Source of the DNA: Azolla caroliniana
Lineage: Eukaryota > Plantae > Polypodiophyta
Direction of reading: 5' to 3'
Length of the DNA: 64,000 nucleotides
Assembly: GCA_043228905.1 (NCBI GenBank)
Contig: JBHGNT010000014.1
Coordinates: 19,902,001 to 19,966,000, forward strand
This document shows positions 63,632 to 64,000 of this stretch, piece by piece. The translations under genes and the position numbers were made by a program. Numbering within the stretch: position 1 is the stretch's first letter; each line of letters begins with the position of its first letter. The notes beneath the pieces were generated by a model that ran no database searches, was not told where the DNA came from, and saw only the letters and a program-made list of their open reading frames with translations.

Positions 63632-64000
63632 AACTCACAAGGGCTGTACTTAACAATGATGCTATTTGATCAGGTATTGAAAGTCATTAAAAATATTCAA
63701 ATGTTTTTCCAGGATTTGATATGTATTTAATTTGAGAACAATAGCATAATGGTGTGTGGTTGGCTGTTTGTCCCAGTATCCTAAAGTTGAACTGAGGTTC
63801 ACACATTTGGCACACATGGAATCCAGCAGAATACTAGCAAATATTTATTGAACGATTGGTCTCACTTGATTCATTTTCCACAATTGGTTGAGAGAATATT
63901 CTTAAATATTCCATGGGTCATCTTGGGTTAACCAGCTCAAGGTTTTTGTAATACATGTGGGTTGTGGCTATTGAATGAGTTTTTATAATCAATATTAGTT

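Overview
AT-rich, intron-rich land-plant nuclear DNA. It is probably from a fern, an inference from the style of the PLS-class PPR and the other gene models, not a proven assignment. Five intact multi-exon genes can be spliced by hand: an HD-ZIP IV homeobox-START factor (-, 10028-13681), LPA1 (+, 26602-34855), the TFIIIB subunit BRF1 (-, 36543-44249), a sphingomyelin-synthase/PLM-like gene (-, 46603-50667) and a rhomboid-like UBA protein (+, 58200-63631). A single-exon PLS-E PPR reading frame (+, 54812-56224) is interrupted by two in-frame TGA stops. The rest is a TE mosaic: a Copia solo LTR with TSD, Gypsy/Copia relics, a pogo-like TIR element, RTEX- and L1-type LINE relics, a tRNA-derived SINE, and micro/minisatellites. 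Top observations: (1) a bipartite base-pairing motif in the HD-ZIP IV 3' UTR; (2) an intron of the rhomboid-UBA gene with two alternative donor/acceptor pairs that give almost the same protein, a possible intron-sliding intermediate; (3) the frame-intact but doubly stopped PPR; (4) a TTAGGG/telobox + GA-repeat + 530-bp polypyrimidine block upstream of the homeobox gene. I see no clear evidence for a wholly new multi-gene system. All coordinates were read by eye and no database searches were run.
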